Below are positions 1-10,977 of a stretch of 64,000 nucleotides of DNA, one piece after another (the first letter of the stretch is position 1; each line of letters opens with the position of its first letter). A program made the translations under genes and the position numbers. Source of the stretch: Candidatus Babeliales bacterium. Its GTDB lineage: Bacteria > Babelota > Babeliae > Babelales > Vermiphilaceae. The stretch spans positions 576,001-640,000 of the forward strand of contig CAVUQO010000003.1 of NCBI GenBank assembly GCA_963743635.1, read 5' to 3'. Under the pieces are notes generated by a model. It saw nothing but the letters and a program-made list of their open reading frames with translations, was not told the origin of the DNA and ran no database searches.

Positions 1-2079
1 CATCTTTTGGCGTTGCGCCTTCGGGAATATGAAAATGAATATCTTTATTGGAGTAAAAGGAACGAGATAATCCAAGTTCTGTTGCACGTGCACGAATGTA
101 ACTCAATGCCGCTTGCGCAGATTCTTGCATCACTTCGCCTAATTGTCCGGTCAGAGTTACTGATCCTTTACCAGGAATAACACTGGTTTCTATTTCAAGC
201 ACATCGCCGCCAAGCTCAGTCCATGCAAGACCAGTTGCAATACCAGTCTTGTTTTTCAGGTTTGAAAGACTTGTCTTTTTATATTTTGGATGGCCAAGCC
301 ATTCTTTAATGAGATCGGCGAGTTACGGTTACTGAGTTTGTTTTCGGATTCTTTAAGGAGAATCTGAATAGCTTTACGCATTAACTTGGTTAATACCCGT
401 TCTAATTGCCGAACGCCTGCTTCCTTGGTGTATTCCGAAACAACAATTTTCAGAATATTTTCAGGGATTTTGCATTGTTGAGCAGTGAGTCCATATTCTT
501 TCAATCCCTTTGGAATAAGGAATTTTTTAGCAATATCAATCTTTTCATCTTCGGTATAACCAGACAGAGTAATGATTTCCATACGATCAAATAATGGGTA
601 AGGAATTCCCTCAATCATATTTGCTGTTGCAATGAACATTACGTTTGAAAGATCATATTCAAGATCTAAAAAGTGATCAACGAAATTTTTGTTTTGTTCC
701 GGATCAAGCACTTCAAGTAATGCTGATGCAGGATCTCCATGCATATCGCGAGACATTTTATCGATTTCATCGAGTAAAATAACTGGATTAACTGTCTTTG
801 CTTTTTTCATCGCTTGAATGATTTTACCTGGCAATGCACCAATGTAGGTACGGCGATGGCCACGAATTTCAGCTTCATCTTTGATACCACCGAGCGAAAT
901 GCGAATAAATTCACGATTAGAACTATCTGCGATTGATTGCGCAAGCGATGTTTTACCAACGCCCGGCGGCCCCACTAAACAAATGATCGGAGATCGTTGC
1001 AGCGATTTTGAAAATTTTTTGGCAGCAACGAATTCAATAATACGCTCTTTTGCCTTTTGCAATCCTGCGTGATTCTTATTTAGGATCTTTTCAGCTTGAG
1101 TCAAACTAATTGTGTCTTTGCTTGTCTTGTGCCAAGGAAGAGAAATAATCCAATCAATATAGTGCCGGCTGACAACCGCTTCAGATGATAATGATGGCAT
1201 TTGCTCAAGGCGTTTTAATTCTTTTTCAACGCGATCAAAGGCTTCTTTTGATAACTGCAGTGATTTCATTTTGCTGCGAATTTGTGCGATTTCGAGCGAT
1301 TGATCTTCGCGCCCAAGTTCTTTTTGAATCGCTTTGATTTGTTCGGTTAAATAATATTCGCGTTGGCTTTTTTCAACTTGATTTTGAATGCGGCCACGAA
1401 TACGTTGTTCCGTTTCCAAAATATCAATTTCTTTGGTCAAGAATTGTGAAATATGAAGAATGCGATTTTTTAAATCAGGTATTTCAAGCAACTGTTGGCG
1501 TTCATCAAAAGAGAGATTGATGTGTACTGCAATCGTATCAGTGATGTAATCAATATCTTGTGCTGTTTTAACGGATGCAACGAGATCAGTAGGAGCCTCT
1601 TTGAGCTTTGCATACGCGACGTACAGTGTTTTAAGCTGGCGCCATAATGCTTGTAGCTCAGTTGAATCTTCGAGGCTGGTAGTGGGAAGATCTTCGATCT
1701 CGACACCGATAAAGGAGTTCATTTCTTGGGATTTTACGACGCGAGCGCGGCACAGGCCTTCAGCCAAAATCTTGAGGGCGCCATTGGGCATCCGCATAAC
1801 CTGCAAAATAGTTGAGCGGGTTCCGTATCTATATACATCATCAATGCCAGGATTTTCAACGGACTGATCCTTTTGTGCGGTAATAAAGATCGCCTTCTCA
1901 TTTTTAAGGGCAAACTCTACTGCCTGAATAGATGAAGAACGGCCAACAATGATCGGTATAATGCTTTTGGGCAGTATGACGACATTTTTCAATGGAAGCA
2001 GGGCTAGGAATTCTCCTTGTTCCTGTATGCTGTCTTGCAACGTCGCTTCGTGCAGAGCGTTATTTTCATTTTCAATCAT
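1..2079 (-). CDS. lon: Lon protease (runs off the window start; frameshift near 300)
   Basis: LON N-domain, Walker A GPPGVGKT and [13 protein letters not shown]; the protease domain ([31 protein letters not shown]) continues in another frame to position 1. Confidence 0.97.
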
Positions 2080-2532
2080 AGAGAGACGTCCTATAAGAAC
2101 CTAAAAAAACTGTAGTTTTCAACACTAGGGCAAAGAGTCAGGCTCATTACCTTAGTATGTTAATATACCTGTTGAAGGAGTAGGGTGCAATAAACCTATA
2201 GCTATAACTTCTTTTAGTATACCATAAATCATCAGTTTGAAAAACTTTTCATTGAGGCAGTTTTTATAGCTATTGAGGCTATTGCTACCCCTATAGAAGG
2301 GCGATAGAAGGCGGCCCCCAAAGGTTTTTTAGGGGAAACAGCTGATAAGAGGCTCTGGGTAGGCCAAAATAAGAAGTTTTCAAAAAAGATCGGTTTCTTT
2401 TTACAAACAGCTATCCTTCTGGTAATATGAAACCCATAGTTCAATAGTCTTTTTTGGGATAATCTTTCATGTATTGTAATGTAACATACACAGATATAGA
2501 TACCTTAAAAAAGGACTGGTGGGGGTTCCATA

Positions 2533-3888
2533 ATGCTTAAGCGATTTGCGAGTGAGTGGTTTGGTGATTTTGATCGCCAAGAGCTGAAGAAATTTATTTT
2601 TCTTGGGGTCATTTTTGGCCTGGTAATCGGTATTTATTGGATTCTCAAGCCAGTTAAAGACGCGGTTTTTATGTCTATGGTAGGTGCCAAGAAAATTGGT
2701 CACGCCAAGATTTTTTCTCTGATCGCATTGTTTCCCGCTGTAATGATTTTGGGCAAACTGATCGATATGTTCCCTCGGCATCGTATTTTGTATGTTTTGG
2801 GCATTATCTATTCCTTACTGGCGCTCATTTTCGGGCTTTTGTTGGCTCATCCGACTATAGGCCTCGCTAACACCATGGTTCATTCAAGTCGAGTGCTTGG
2901 TTGGCTTTGGTATGTGTTTGTCGAAAGCTATGGATCTATTATGGTGGCCTCATTCTGGGCGTTTGCTATTGATATTACCCAACCTGAATCTGCAAAGCGT
3001 GGTTTTCCGCTTGTGGTATTGGTGGGGCAATTTTGCAGCCTCGTGAGTCCTTTATATCTGACGCCGCTTGTGAGCCCGGATCGATGGGGATCAAGTGCCT
3101 ACGTGGTTATGCTTTCTGCCGCTCTTATTTTGATGATTGTGGTATTGGTTGCACTCTTTATTCGCGTAACGCCAAAAGAGCAAATGATTGGCTATCATCA
3201 GGTAAAGGAGTCATCGCGTGAAAAGCCAGACTTCTTGAATGGTCTTAAGCTCCTTCTTTCTCGTCCCTATCTGATGGGCATCTTTACGATTATCGCAATT
3301 TATGAGATCGTTCTCACAATTTTAGATTTCCATTTCAAAAATTTTGTTGAGCTGACGGTGTTTGATACGTCGTCACGCGTCCTTTATTTAAATGATTATG
3401 CATTTTGGGTAAATATTATTGCTTGTGCATCTCTGGTGCTTGGACTCAGTAATATCCAGCGTCGTTTAGGCGTGAGTGTTTCTTTGGCATTGATGCCGTG
3501 TATTGTTGCGGTAGCGGTGTGCAGCTTTTTTATGTATCCAGAAATTAAAGTTTTATTTTGGATCATGGTTGGTGCGAAAGCTATGCATTATGCCCTCAAT
3601 GGTCCATCAATTAAGCAGTTATATGTGCCAACAAGCACTGATGTTAAATATAAATCACAAGCGTGGATCGAAACGTTTGGTTCGCGTGTATCAAGAGGCG
3701 TTGGTTCGAGTATCAATATGCTGCTTGAGCCGTTTACCAATTGGTTTGGGCTTAGTGCAGGCCTGATGTTTCATATTGCAACAAGTTCAATGCTTTCCCT
3801 CGGCATGTTGATCGTATGGTTCGGCGTTGCATTGTATCTTGGTAAGGAGTATGGAAAGGCCGTAGAAGAAGATCGCGTAGTGTGTTAG
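2533..3888 (+). CDS. ATP/ADP translocase (NTT/TLC family)
   Basis: About 12 TM segments; motifs LKPVKDAVF, FWAFA and LYVPTSTDVKYKSQAWIETFGSR typical of nucleotide transporters. Confidence 0.9.
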   Translation: MLKRFASEWFGDFDRQELKKFIFLGVIFGLVIGIYWILKPVKDAVFMSMVGAKKIGHAKIFSLIALFPAVMILGKLIDMFPRHRILYVLGIIYSLLALIFGLLLAHPTIGLANTMVHSSRVLGWLWYVFVESYGSIMVASFWAFAIDITQPESAKRGFPLVVLVGQFCSLVSPLYLTPLVSPDRWGSSAYVVMLSAALILMIVVLVALFIRVTPKEQMIGYHQVKESSREKPDFLNGLKLLLSRPYLMGIFTIIAIYEIVLTILDFHFKNFVELTVFDTSSRVLYLNDYAFWVNIIACASLVLGLSNIQRRLGVSVSLALMPCIVAVAVCSFFMYPEIKVLFWIMVGAKAMHYALNGPSIKQLYVPTSTDVKYKSQAWIETFGSRVSRGVGSSINMLLEPFTNWFGLSAGLMFHIATSSMLSLGMLIVWFGVALYLGKEYGKAVEEDRVVC

Positions 3889-3938
3889 TGCGTAATTTAC
3901 AATAAAACAAACCCTTAGTGGCTATGAAAGGTAAATGG

Positions 3939-5399
3939 ATGAGTTCTGAATCCATGCAACAAGAAAAAGTGGTAGTGACCTATAGTAAAGAGCAAGAGCT
4001 TTATTATGAACGTTTGAAGTTGTTATTTTTGTGGATAGCATTTTTCTTTATTGTTGGTTCGTATACAGTCGCAAAAGAATTAAAAGATTCGGTTTTTGTA
4101 TTTATTGTGGGACGTGCTTATATAGGCTACGCGAAAATGGCAACATTGTTTGTCTTTATTCCCGCCATTTTGCTCTATTCAAAGCTCGTTGATAAAATGC
4201 GTCGTTACTATTTGCTCTGTGCATATAGTGCCTTTTATGCGCTCAGTGGCCTCATGTTCGTCTATTTTCTCGGAGATGCTGCGATTGGTATTCCCAATGC
4301 CATCACGAGCCCGTATCGTATTGTGGGTTGGTTATTTTACTTTTTTGTTGAAGGGTATTCGCCCTTTGTAGTCAGTGTCTATTGGTCCTTTTTGAACTCA
4401 GTGAGCAGTCCTGAAACCGCCAAAAGTTATGGATTTCTGGTTTCTGGATCAAAAGTGGGTGGTATGGTCGCCTCTGCAGCTGCATGGTATTTTTTGATGC
4501 CAGTGTCTGCTACAGGTCAACTGATGTATTCAGATACGGTTAATCATCAAATTTTGCTGTTCATTGCATCTATGCTGCTTCTCTGTGTGCCCATTGTTAT
4601 TTTGATAATGATGAAAAAGATCCCGGGACGATTCCTGCATGGGTATGAAGCGGTATACCAGATTGAAAAAGAAAAAGTTAAGCACGGCGAATCAGAAACT
4701 GGTATGTTTGCGGGGCTTAAAATGCTCGTTAAGTACCCATATGTGTTGGGTATTTTCTGTATGGTATTCTTCTATGAGGTGGTGACCACCGTGTTGAGCG
4801 TGATGCGTATTTGCATTGCTCAAGATTCAACCAGTTCCATGTCCGGCGCCACGGGTGCTTTATTTGAAGGTATTTTTTGGGTTCACGCGGTTGGATTTGT
4901 TATCTCATTGATTGGGACGAGTGCATTGGTCAGATGGTTGGGTGAAAAACGGTGTTTGATGCTCATACCAATTTCCAGCGGATTGTTGCTTGCCTATTTC
5001 ATGCTGAGTTATATCGATATGTTTGCCTTTTGTACTAATGCACGGGCTGTGATGATTGGATATATTGGCCTCAAGGCTATTAACTATGCTTTTAGCTCTC
5101 CGGTCAGAGAAAGCCTTTATATACCGACAGTTAAAGAAATTAAGTTTAAATCAAAATCATGGATTGATGCCTTTGGTAGTAAATTGGGCAAATTCAATGG
5201 TGCAACGTTCAATACGTTCTCTATTTGGATGGGTCAAGCCTCATTTGTTGCAGTCCATGCCGCATTCTTTGGGCTTATAACCCTCCTTTGGTTGCTGACT
5301 GCATACCTGTTGGGCCGTCGCTTTGAACAGGCAGTGAGCAATAATGAGGTTATTGGGGTGGATAAGGATCCCTCTGAGGGAGACCAGGCCGCTGAGTAA
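3939..5399 (+). CDS. ATP/ADP translocase (NTT/TLC family), tandem paralog
   Basis: Multi-TM; KELKDSVF and LYIPTVKEIKFKSKSWIDAFGSK. Start could be 3918 or 3924 instead. Confidence 0.9.
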   Translation: MSSESMQQEKVVVTYSKEQELYYERLKLLFLWIAFFFIVGSYTVAKELKDSVFVFIVGRAYIGYAKMATLFVFIPAILLYSKLVDKMRRYYLLCAYSAFYALSGLMFVYFLGDAAIGIPNAITSPYRIVGWLFYFFVEGYSPFVVSVYWSFLNSVSSPETAKSYGFLVSGSKVGGMVASAAAWYFLMPVSATGQLMYSDTVNHQILLFIASMLLLCVPIVILIMMKKIPGRFLHGYEAVYQIEKEKVKHGESETGMFAGLKMLVKYPYVLGIFCMVFFYEVVTTVLSVMRICIAQDSTSSMSGATGALFEGIFWVHAVGFVISLIGTSALVRWLGEKRCLMLIPISSGLLLAYFMLSYIDMFAFCTNARAVMIGYIGLKAINYAFSSPVRESLYIPTVKEIKFKSKSWIDAFGSKLGKFNGATFNTFSIWMGQASFVAVHAAFFGLITLLWLLTAYLLGRRFEQAVSNNEVIGVDKDPSEGDQAAE

Positions 5400-5534
5400 T
5401 TGATTGCTTTTTTGCGTACTTTTGATACAATTTTGATCAAGTTTATCTATATATATGCGCTTTTATAACAGAGGTGGCTTCTGACTGAGTCAGGCCATAA
5501 AAGCCATAAGGAAATAACCTCTTAAGGAAAAACA

Positions 5535-6497
5535 ATGGCAGATTCTAAAGAATTCTTTAAAGAATTAGTTGCGGTCGGGATACATTTCGGGCATGAAAAA
5601 CGCCGATGGTGTCCTAAAATGGCTCCTTATATCTGGGGCAGTAAAAACAACATTCATTTAATTGATGTGTCAAAAACAGCTTATCAGCTTGAAAAGTCAG
5701 CAAAGTTTCTTGAAGGCATTGCGCGCGAAGGCAAAACCATTCTATGGGTTGGTACCAAGAAGGCTGCTCAAGGCGTTATTCGTGAAATGTCAGCTAAGCT
5801 TAACATGCCATGCGTACACCATCGTTGGATTGGTGGTACGTTAAGTAACTTCTCGCAAGTAAAAAAATCAGTGACTAAAATGCTTCATTTTGAAGATGTA
5901 GTCGAAAAAGCGGAAAAATACCCGCATTATACTAAAAAAGAAATCAATACCATTCATAAGAGTGCAGAACGTTTACGTAAGAACGTTGGTGGCATCCGTA
6001 CATTGACATGGCCTGTTGGCGCGATCGTTATTATCGATGCTGGCAGAGAAAAAGCTACATTGCGTGAAGCAGTGAGTGTTGGTGTTCCGGTAGTAGCATT
6101 GGTTGATACCAACTGCGATCCATCAGGTATCGATTACGTAATTCCTGGTAACGATGATGCTCCACGCGCTATTCGCTATATCGTAGAGTATCTTGGACAA
6201 GCAGCTGAAAAAGGACAACTAGAAGCTCAAGCTGCTGCCAAGGAAAAGAAAGAACGCGAAGCATTAGAAAAACAAAAAGAAGCTGAAGAGCGCGCGGCTA
6301 AAAAAGCTGCAACAGCAAAAACCGAAGTAAAAACTGAGGCTAAGCCTGTTGAAAAAGCTTCTACAGAAGAAAAAGAAACAAAGCCAGCTTTTGAAAAGAA
6401 GACAGCTCCAAGATCACCTGATAACAAGCCACGTACCGGTACAGCGTTTAAAAAGCCTGTAGCAAAAAAACCAGCTCCTGCTCCAAAAAAGAAGTAG
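5535..6497 (+). CDS. rpsB: 30S ribosomal protein S2 with a Lys/Ala/Glu-rich C-terminal tail
   Basis: GIHFGH, RWIGGTLSNF and VDTNCDP...PGNDD. Confidence 0.98.
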   Translation: MADSKEFFKELVAVGIHFGHEKRRWCPKMAPYIWGSKNNIHLIDVSKTAYQLEKSAKFLEGIAREGKTILWVGTKKAAQGVIREMSAKLNMPCVHHRWIGGTLSNFSQVKKSVTKMLHFEDVVEKAEKYPHYTKKEINTIHKSAERLRKNVGGIRTLTWPVGAIVIIDAGREKATLREAVSVGVPVVALVDTNCDPSGIDYVIPGNDDAPRAIRYIVEYLGQAAEKGQLEAQAAAKEKKEREALEKQKEAEERAAKKAATAKTEVKTEAKPVEKASTEEKETKPAFEKKTAPRSPDNKPRTGTAFKKPVAKKPAPAPKKK

Positions 6498-6525
6498 TTG
6501 GCGTACTTGTTATTAGATAGATTCA

Positions 6526-6614
6526 GGAGAGGTGTCTGAGTGGTCGAAAGAGCACGATTGGAAATCGTGTATGTCTCGAAAGGGGCATCGAGGGTTCGAA
6601 TCCCTCTCTCTCCA
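6526..6614 (+). tRNA. tRNA-Ser(GGA); CCA not encoded
   Basis: GGAGAGG acceptor stem, anticodon arm CACGA-TTGGAAA-TCGTG, long variable arm, GGTTCGAATCC T-arm. Confidence 0.95.
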
Positions 6615-6772
6615 GTCTACGCTCATCCGGGCCTTCAGGCTCGGCAAGCTTCGTCTGGCTTCGCCACCTTTTTAAAGGATGTTAGCTTTAAGAGCAAAAA
6701 ATGATAAAGCGGAGACTGTCCGACTGCGTGCGACGTAGCTGAAAGCGTAGACGTAAGAAGGCGAAGACGGGA
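6612..6772. repeat. Palindromic repeat family A, beginning at the tRNA-Ser 3' end
   Basis: CCAGTCTACGCT...GCTTCGTCTGG followed by an inverted partner ending GCGAAGACGGG. Confidence 0.7.
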
Positions 6773-6846
6773 TTCCGTATAAAAAACCCAGTGTTTTGAG
6801 AGTTAACATTCTTAGAAATTCTGGAACAAAGTTAGATAAAAAATTT

Positions 6847-6932
6847 GGGGAAGTGTGTAAAGGATATTTGCTTAATCTGTCAGGCCTGAAAGGGAGCAGC
6901 AGGAGTAAATTAATTCTTGTACAGGCTTCCCC
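6847..6932 (+). ncRNA. ffs: SRP RNA (4.5S)
   Basis: Terminal stem GGGGAAG...CTTCCCC enclosing the domain IV motif TCAGGCCTGAAAGGGAGCAGC; canonical position between tRNA-Ser and dnaX. Confidence 0.88.
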
Positions 6933-6976
6933 TTTATTCTATCTCGCAAAATGATATTATTTTAAACAGCTTGAGC

Positions 6977-7048
6977 AAAGCGAGTAGAATAACCCGACGT
7001 AGCAAAACACTTCCTGAGGTAAAACTTCGAAGTATTAGCGTAGCCTGG
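6977..7048 (+). repeat. Repeat family A copy (about 72 bp)
   Basis: Near-identical to the reverse complement of 61237-61308; similar to 63682-63745. Confidence 0.9.
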
Positions 7049-7096
7049 GTAGTTTCGAATTCATTATTCACCATAAGTTCGTCGGTTGTATACATC

Positions 7097-8887
7097 ATGA
7101 GTAGCGTAAATCTCAATCTAGCACGTAAATGGCGATCAAAATCGTTCGACCGCATTGTTGGTCAGGATTTGCTGATTCGCATGCTCAAAAACAGTTTGTT
7201 TTTGGGACAATATTTTCCGGTTTATTTATTTGCCGGGCAACGTGGATGTGGTAAAACTACAACCGCGCGTGTTTTTGCGGCCGCAGTAAATTGTGAGCGA
7301 TTAGCAGATTTTAAAAAACAACCAAAAGAGTTTACCGTTCCGTGTTTGACGTGTGCATCATGTCAGGCAATGGCGGCAGGTAAACATCCCGATTTCATTG
7401 AAATCGATGCAGCATCTCATACAGGCGTTGATAATATTCGCCAAATCATAGATGCGGCATCATTATTGCCACTTATGGGGCAGAAAAAAATTTATTTGAT
7501 CGATGAAGCGCATATGCTCAGCAAAGCAGCATTTAATGCGTTACTCAAAATTCTTGAAGAGCCGCCAATGTCGGTGCTCTTTATTTTGGCAACTACCGAT
7601 GCACAAAAAATTATTGAAACGGTTCGATCTCGTTGTTTTCAGCTGTTTTTCAAGCCGATTGAAACAGCTTCATTGTTCAATCATTTAGTGCACGTCTGCG
7701 AAACAGAAAATATAAAATTTGCAGAAGATGGACTCTATACCATTATTCGTGAATCGGAAGGTTCTGCGCGTGATGCATTAAATCTTTTAGAGCAGGTTCG
7801 TTTTTCAAGTGCTGTAGTTTCAAAACAGAATGTACTTGCGGTTCTTGGGCATATTGATGATGGTCAGATTGTAAAGTTGCTTGAAATTTTACTCTGTAAA
7901 TCGCCGCAGGAATTCATACAATATTTGCATGATATTTCGTTTGAATCGATCACAGCAGAATTTGTCTGGAACCGTTTGATTGATGTAGTCCGTGCAGCAT
8001 TGTGGACCAAGTATGGTGTGCAAGCAGCGCAATTTAGTGAGCATCAATCAGCGCTTAAACGTTTGATTAAAAATTGCACTGGACAGCAGCTTAATATGCT
8101 ATTGCATCTCTTGTACGATAACGAAGCATTATTCCTGAAAACTAAATCAAAGCATGCATGCATGGAAATGATTCTGCTGCAAATGCTGTATAAGAAAAAT
8201 AGCAATAATGATGATTCAGGCCGTTCATCGCTCTTACAATCATCAGTTGCAGCTGAAGAGGTTGCTCTTGATGATGAAGAATATGAAGATGAAGATGAGC
8301 AAGAAGATGATGAAGAGCAAGAAGAAGTGCAGCAAGTAAGCGGTGTGATGCAGCGAGCGCCAAACGCTGCGCTCAACATTCCCGGGCTTGCAGCATGGAA
8401 TACGTTTGTGAATGCGGTGATGCAAAGCGGCGATCCGTTATTGGGTTCGGTTGTAAAACAAGCGCGCTTTATGCAGTATGATGAACAGACGCGTAAACTT
8501 GACGTTGTATTTGCAAAAGATTTTCTCTTCTTTAAAGATTTGCTCGATGATACAGAAAAAGCCTGGTTACCACTTGTTACAACAATCATTTTTGGCGCCG
8601 GTAAAGTTTGAGCCGCGCTTTGATGGCACGATATCAGAACGTACGGTGACTGCGCAACCAAAATCAACAATTCCAATGCCTGAAATGGTACGGAAAGCTC
8701 CAGCTCAGGCGACTCAATCATCGCAACAACGTCCGGCACATATAAACCAAAATCAGCGTCGCATGCAGCGGCAGCACCACATGTGAAAGCAACGGTTGTT
8801 GATGTTTCAAATGCATCAGAATGGCCGACTGCAACTTTGTTACTAGAATATTTTCCCGGCGTAATTACTGAAATGCGTGATAATTAA
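7097..8887 (+). CDS. dnaX: DNA polymerase III gamma/tau (two apparent frameshifts, near 8580 and 8770)
   Basis: LARKWR, GQRGCGKTT, EIDAASHTGVD, DEAHMLS and SRC; the C-terminus EWPTATLLLEYFPGVITE ends at 8887. Confidence 0.95.
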
Positions 8888-8888
8888 T

Positions 8889-10219
8889 ATGAAATTAGCT
8901 ACGAAAAATCTTCCGAGTGTTGTTATTGTAGGTCGTACCAATGTTGGTAAGTCTACCTTATTTAATCGTATGTCATGCAGACGTTAAGAGTTTGACGCAT
9001 GATCGTTGCGGGTGTTACCCGTGATTTTTTGCATGATACGGTTTGTTGGAAAAATGTAAGTTTTGAGTTAGCTGATACTGGCGGTATTTCACTCAGCCCG
9101 ACCAAAGATATTATTTTAGAGCAAGTGCGTCAGCAGGCATTACAGCTTATTGATGGTGCGGATTTGGTATTACTGGTCTGTGATGGTACGGTTGGTGTCA
9201 TGCCCGAAGATCGCGACTTGGCCAAAATGTTACATAAATTGGGCAAACAAGTTATTCTCGTCATCAATAAAGGTGATTGTAAAATTACCGAATCATATAT
9301 GCATGAATTTACTAAGCTCGGACACAAGTTGATTATGACCGTGTCGGCACAGCATGGTACCGGGTGTGATGATTTGGAAGACGAAATCATAGCATTGCTG
9401 CCTAAACATAAAAAAATTAAAGAAGAGCCTGTAGCCTTTAATATTGTGCTGCTTGGAAAACCAAACGTCGGTAAATCATCATTGATTAACGAACTTTTAA
9501 AACAAGATCGCATGATTGTAAATGATCAGCCAGGAACTACGCGAGAAGCAGTTTCTGAACGTATTACTTTTCATAAAGCCGATATTCAAATTACCGATAC
9601 TCCAGGACTTCGCCGTAAACGAGGCGTCACTGAACCGCTTGAACAGATGATGACCAAAAGTTCATTACGGGCGGTTGATGATGCAGATATTATTTTGCTG
9701 CTCGTTGACGTGTCTCAAGGAGAAATCAGCGATCAAGAATTGAAATTAGCCTTTTATGTACTTGAAAAACATAAGGCGCTCATCATGCTCTTTAATAAGT
9801 ATGATCTTCTTGAAGAAGATGACTATGCATTGCAACGGCTTGAATCAAGTCTTGAAAAATATCCTCAACTAACCAAACGCGCGATCAGACTCAATATTTC
9901 ATGCAAATCTGGCAAGAATATCGGTAAGATTATGACAGCGGTGCAAGAGGTCTGGGAGCGGCATTCGCAAACGCTTCCAAACGAAGAAATTTCCGCGCTG
10001 CTGACTGAAGCAATATCAGCAAAGCCATTATATCATAAAACTAATCCTCTTATTGTCTACAAGGCAAAACAGGTGGCTAAGGCACCCATCACCATCGTGA
10101 TGATCGTGAATCAACCGCAATGGTTTGAGGATTCACAACTCGCCTTTTTTGAGAATGTCATGCGTAAAAAATATGACCTGCGTGGCGTTCCGGTGCGGAT
10201 TTTAACCCGCAAAAAATAG
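8889..10219 (+). CDS. der: Ribosome biogenesis GTPase Der (frameshifted near 8975-9000)
   Basis: First G1 motif GRTNVGKS from ATG 8889; DTGG, second G1 GKPNVGKS, DTPG and a KH-like C-terminus. Confidence 0.96.
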
Positions 10220-10300
10220 CTTTCTTTTTTCAGAGCCATCCTTTTGGTGTAGACTCCTTGAATGTGTATTACGTAACAGGTATAGCTATTAAGGAGCAGT

Positions 10301-10645
10301 ATGGAAACTAAAGTTACCTTTCGCCGTATGGAGCATTCTGACGTTGTGGAAGATTATGCTGGGCGTCAGTTGCAAAAAGTGTATGAATTCTTATCCAATG
10401 AGCGGGATCCGGTCTATATAAATATTACTTTTGAACCATCACATGTACATGCGCATCATAGGGTTGAGTTGCAGGTTAAATCACCGCACTATGATCTGAT
10501 GGCTCACCGTGAAGGGCCTGAATTTTATGATCTTATCGATCAAGTAGTCGATATTATGTACCACAATCTTCATGAAGAAAAGCGCAAGGAACTCGACGAA
10601 CGCAAAATGCGTGGCCGTCATGAGGAATTCAAAAAACAACGATAA
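10301..10645 (+). CDS. hpf: Ribosome hibernation factor HPF/RaiA family
   Basis: TFRRMEHSDVVEDYA..L.KV pattern, EFYDLIDQVVD; AGGAG RBS. Confidence 0.8.
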   Translation: METKVTFRRMEHSDVVEDYAGRQLQKVYEFLSNERDPVYINITFEPSHVHAHHRVELQVKSPHYDLMAHREGPEFYDLIDQVVDIMYHNLHEEKRKELDERKMRGRHEEFKKQR

Positions 10646-10670
10646 ATAACCATTCTGTTTCCAGATAACA

Positions 10671-10709
10671 AAACGAAGGGCGAGAGATAATACCTCTCGC
10701 CCTTTTTCA
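10671..10709 (+). terminator. Rho-independent terminator, duplicated at 13385
   Basis: AAGGGCGAGAG-ataatac-CTCTCGCCCTT followed by a T tract. Confidence 0.85.
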
Positions 10710-10977
10710 TGTCTCACGCTTTCTACTAGCCCCCGAGAAAAAGCGCTTTCATTTGCAGGTTTGGACAGGTTCAAAAAGGCCTTGGTTGGCCCTCACTTGC
10801 ATTTATTTCAGTTATGGCTCTATTGGTGGCTTTTTCGCCTATAATTATTCCGAGAACCCCCTAAAAATAGCTGTTTTGCCCCCCGTGCACGAGGGCCGGG
10901 GCTGTTGTTATATATTTTCAATCTGATAATATAATAGATAAGAAACAGAATTTTATAGATAATTGGAGGTTAGTACC

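Noticed and set aside
2254..2390. Similarity of this intergenic stretch to 10720-10885
   Set aside because: Only short shared words (CCCCTAAAAA, AGCTGTTTT) in a different order; not enough to call a repeat.
5465..5525. Structured rpsB leader RNA
   Set aside because: A hairpin is possible (GAGGT...ACCTC), but I cannot match it to a known leader without a covariance search.
6917..7096. N-terminal extension of the dnaX ORF, plus ORF 61114-61311 and the argS extension that share RRSKTLPEV-like text
   Set aside because: These are translations of repeat family A, not protein. The true starts are 7097 (dnaX) and 63611 (argS).
8570..8620. Programmed gamma/tau frameshift in dnaX
   Set aside because: There is no A-AAA-AAG or poly-A slippery site at the break, and similar indels occur throughout the window.
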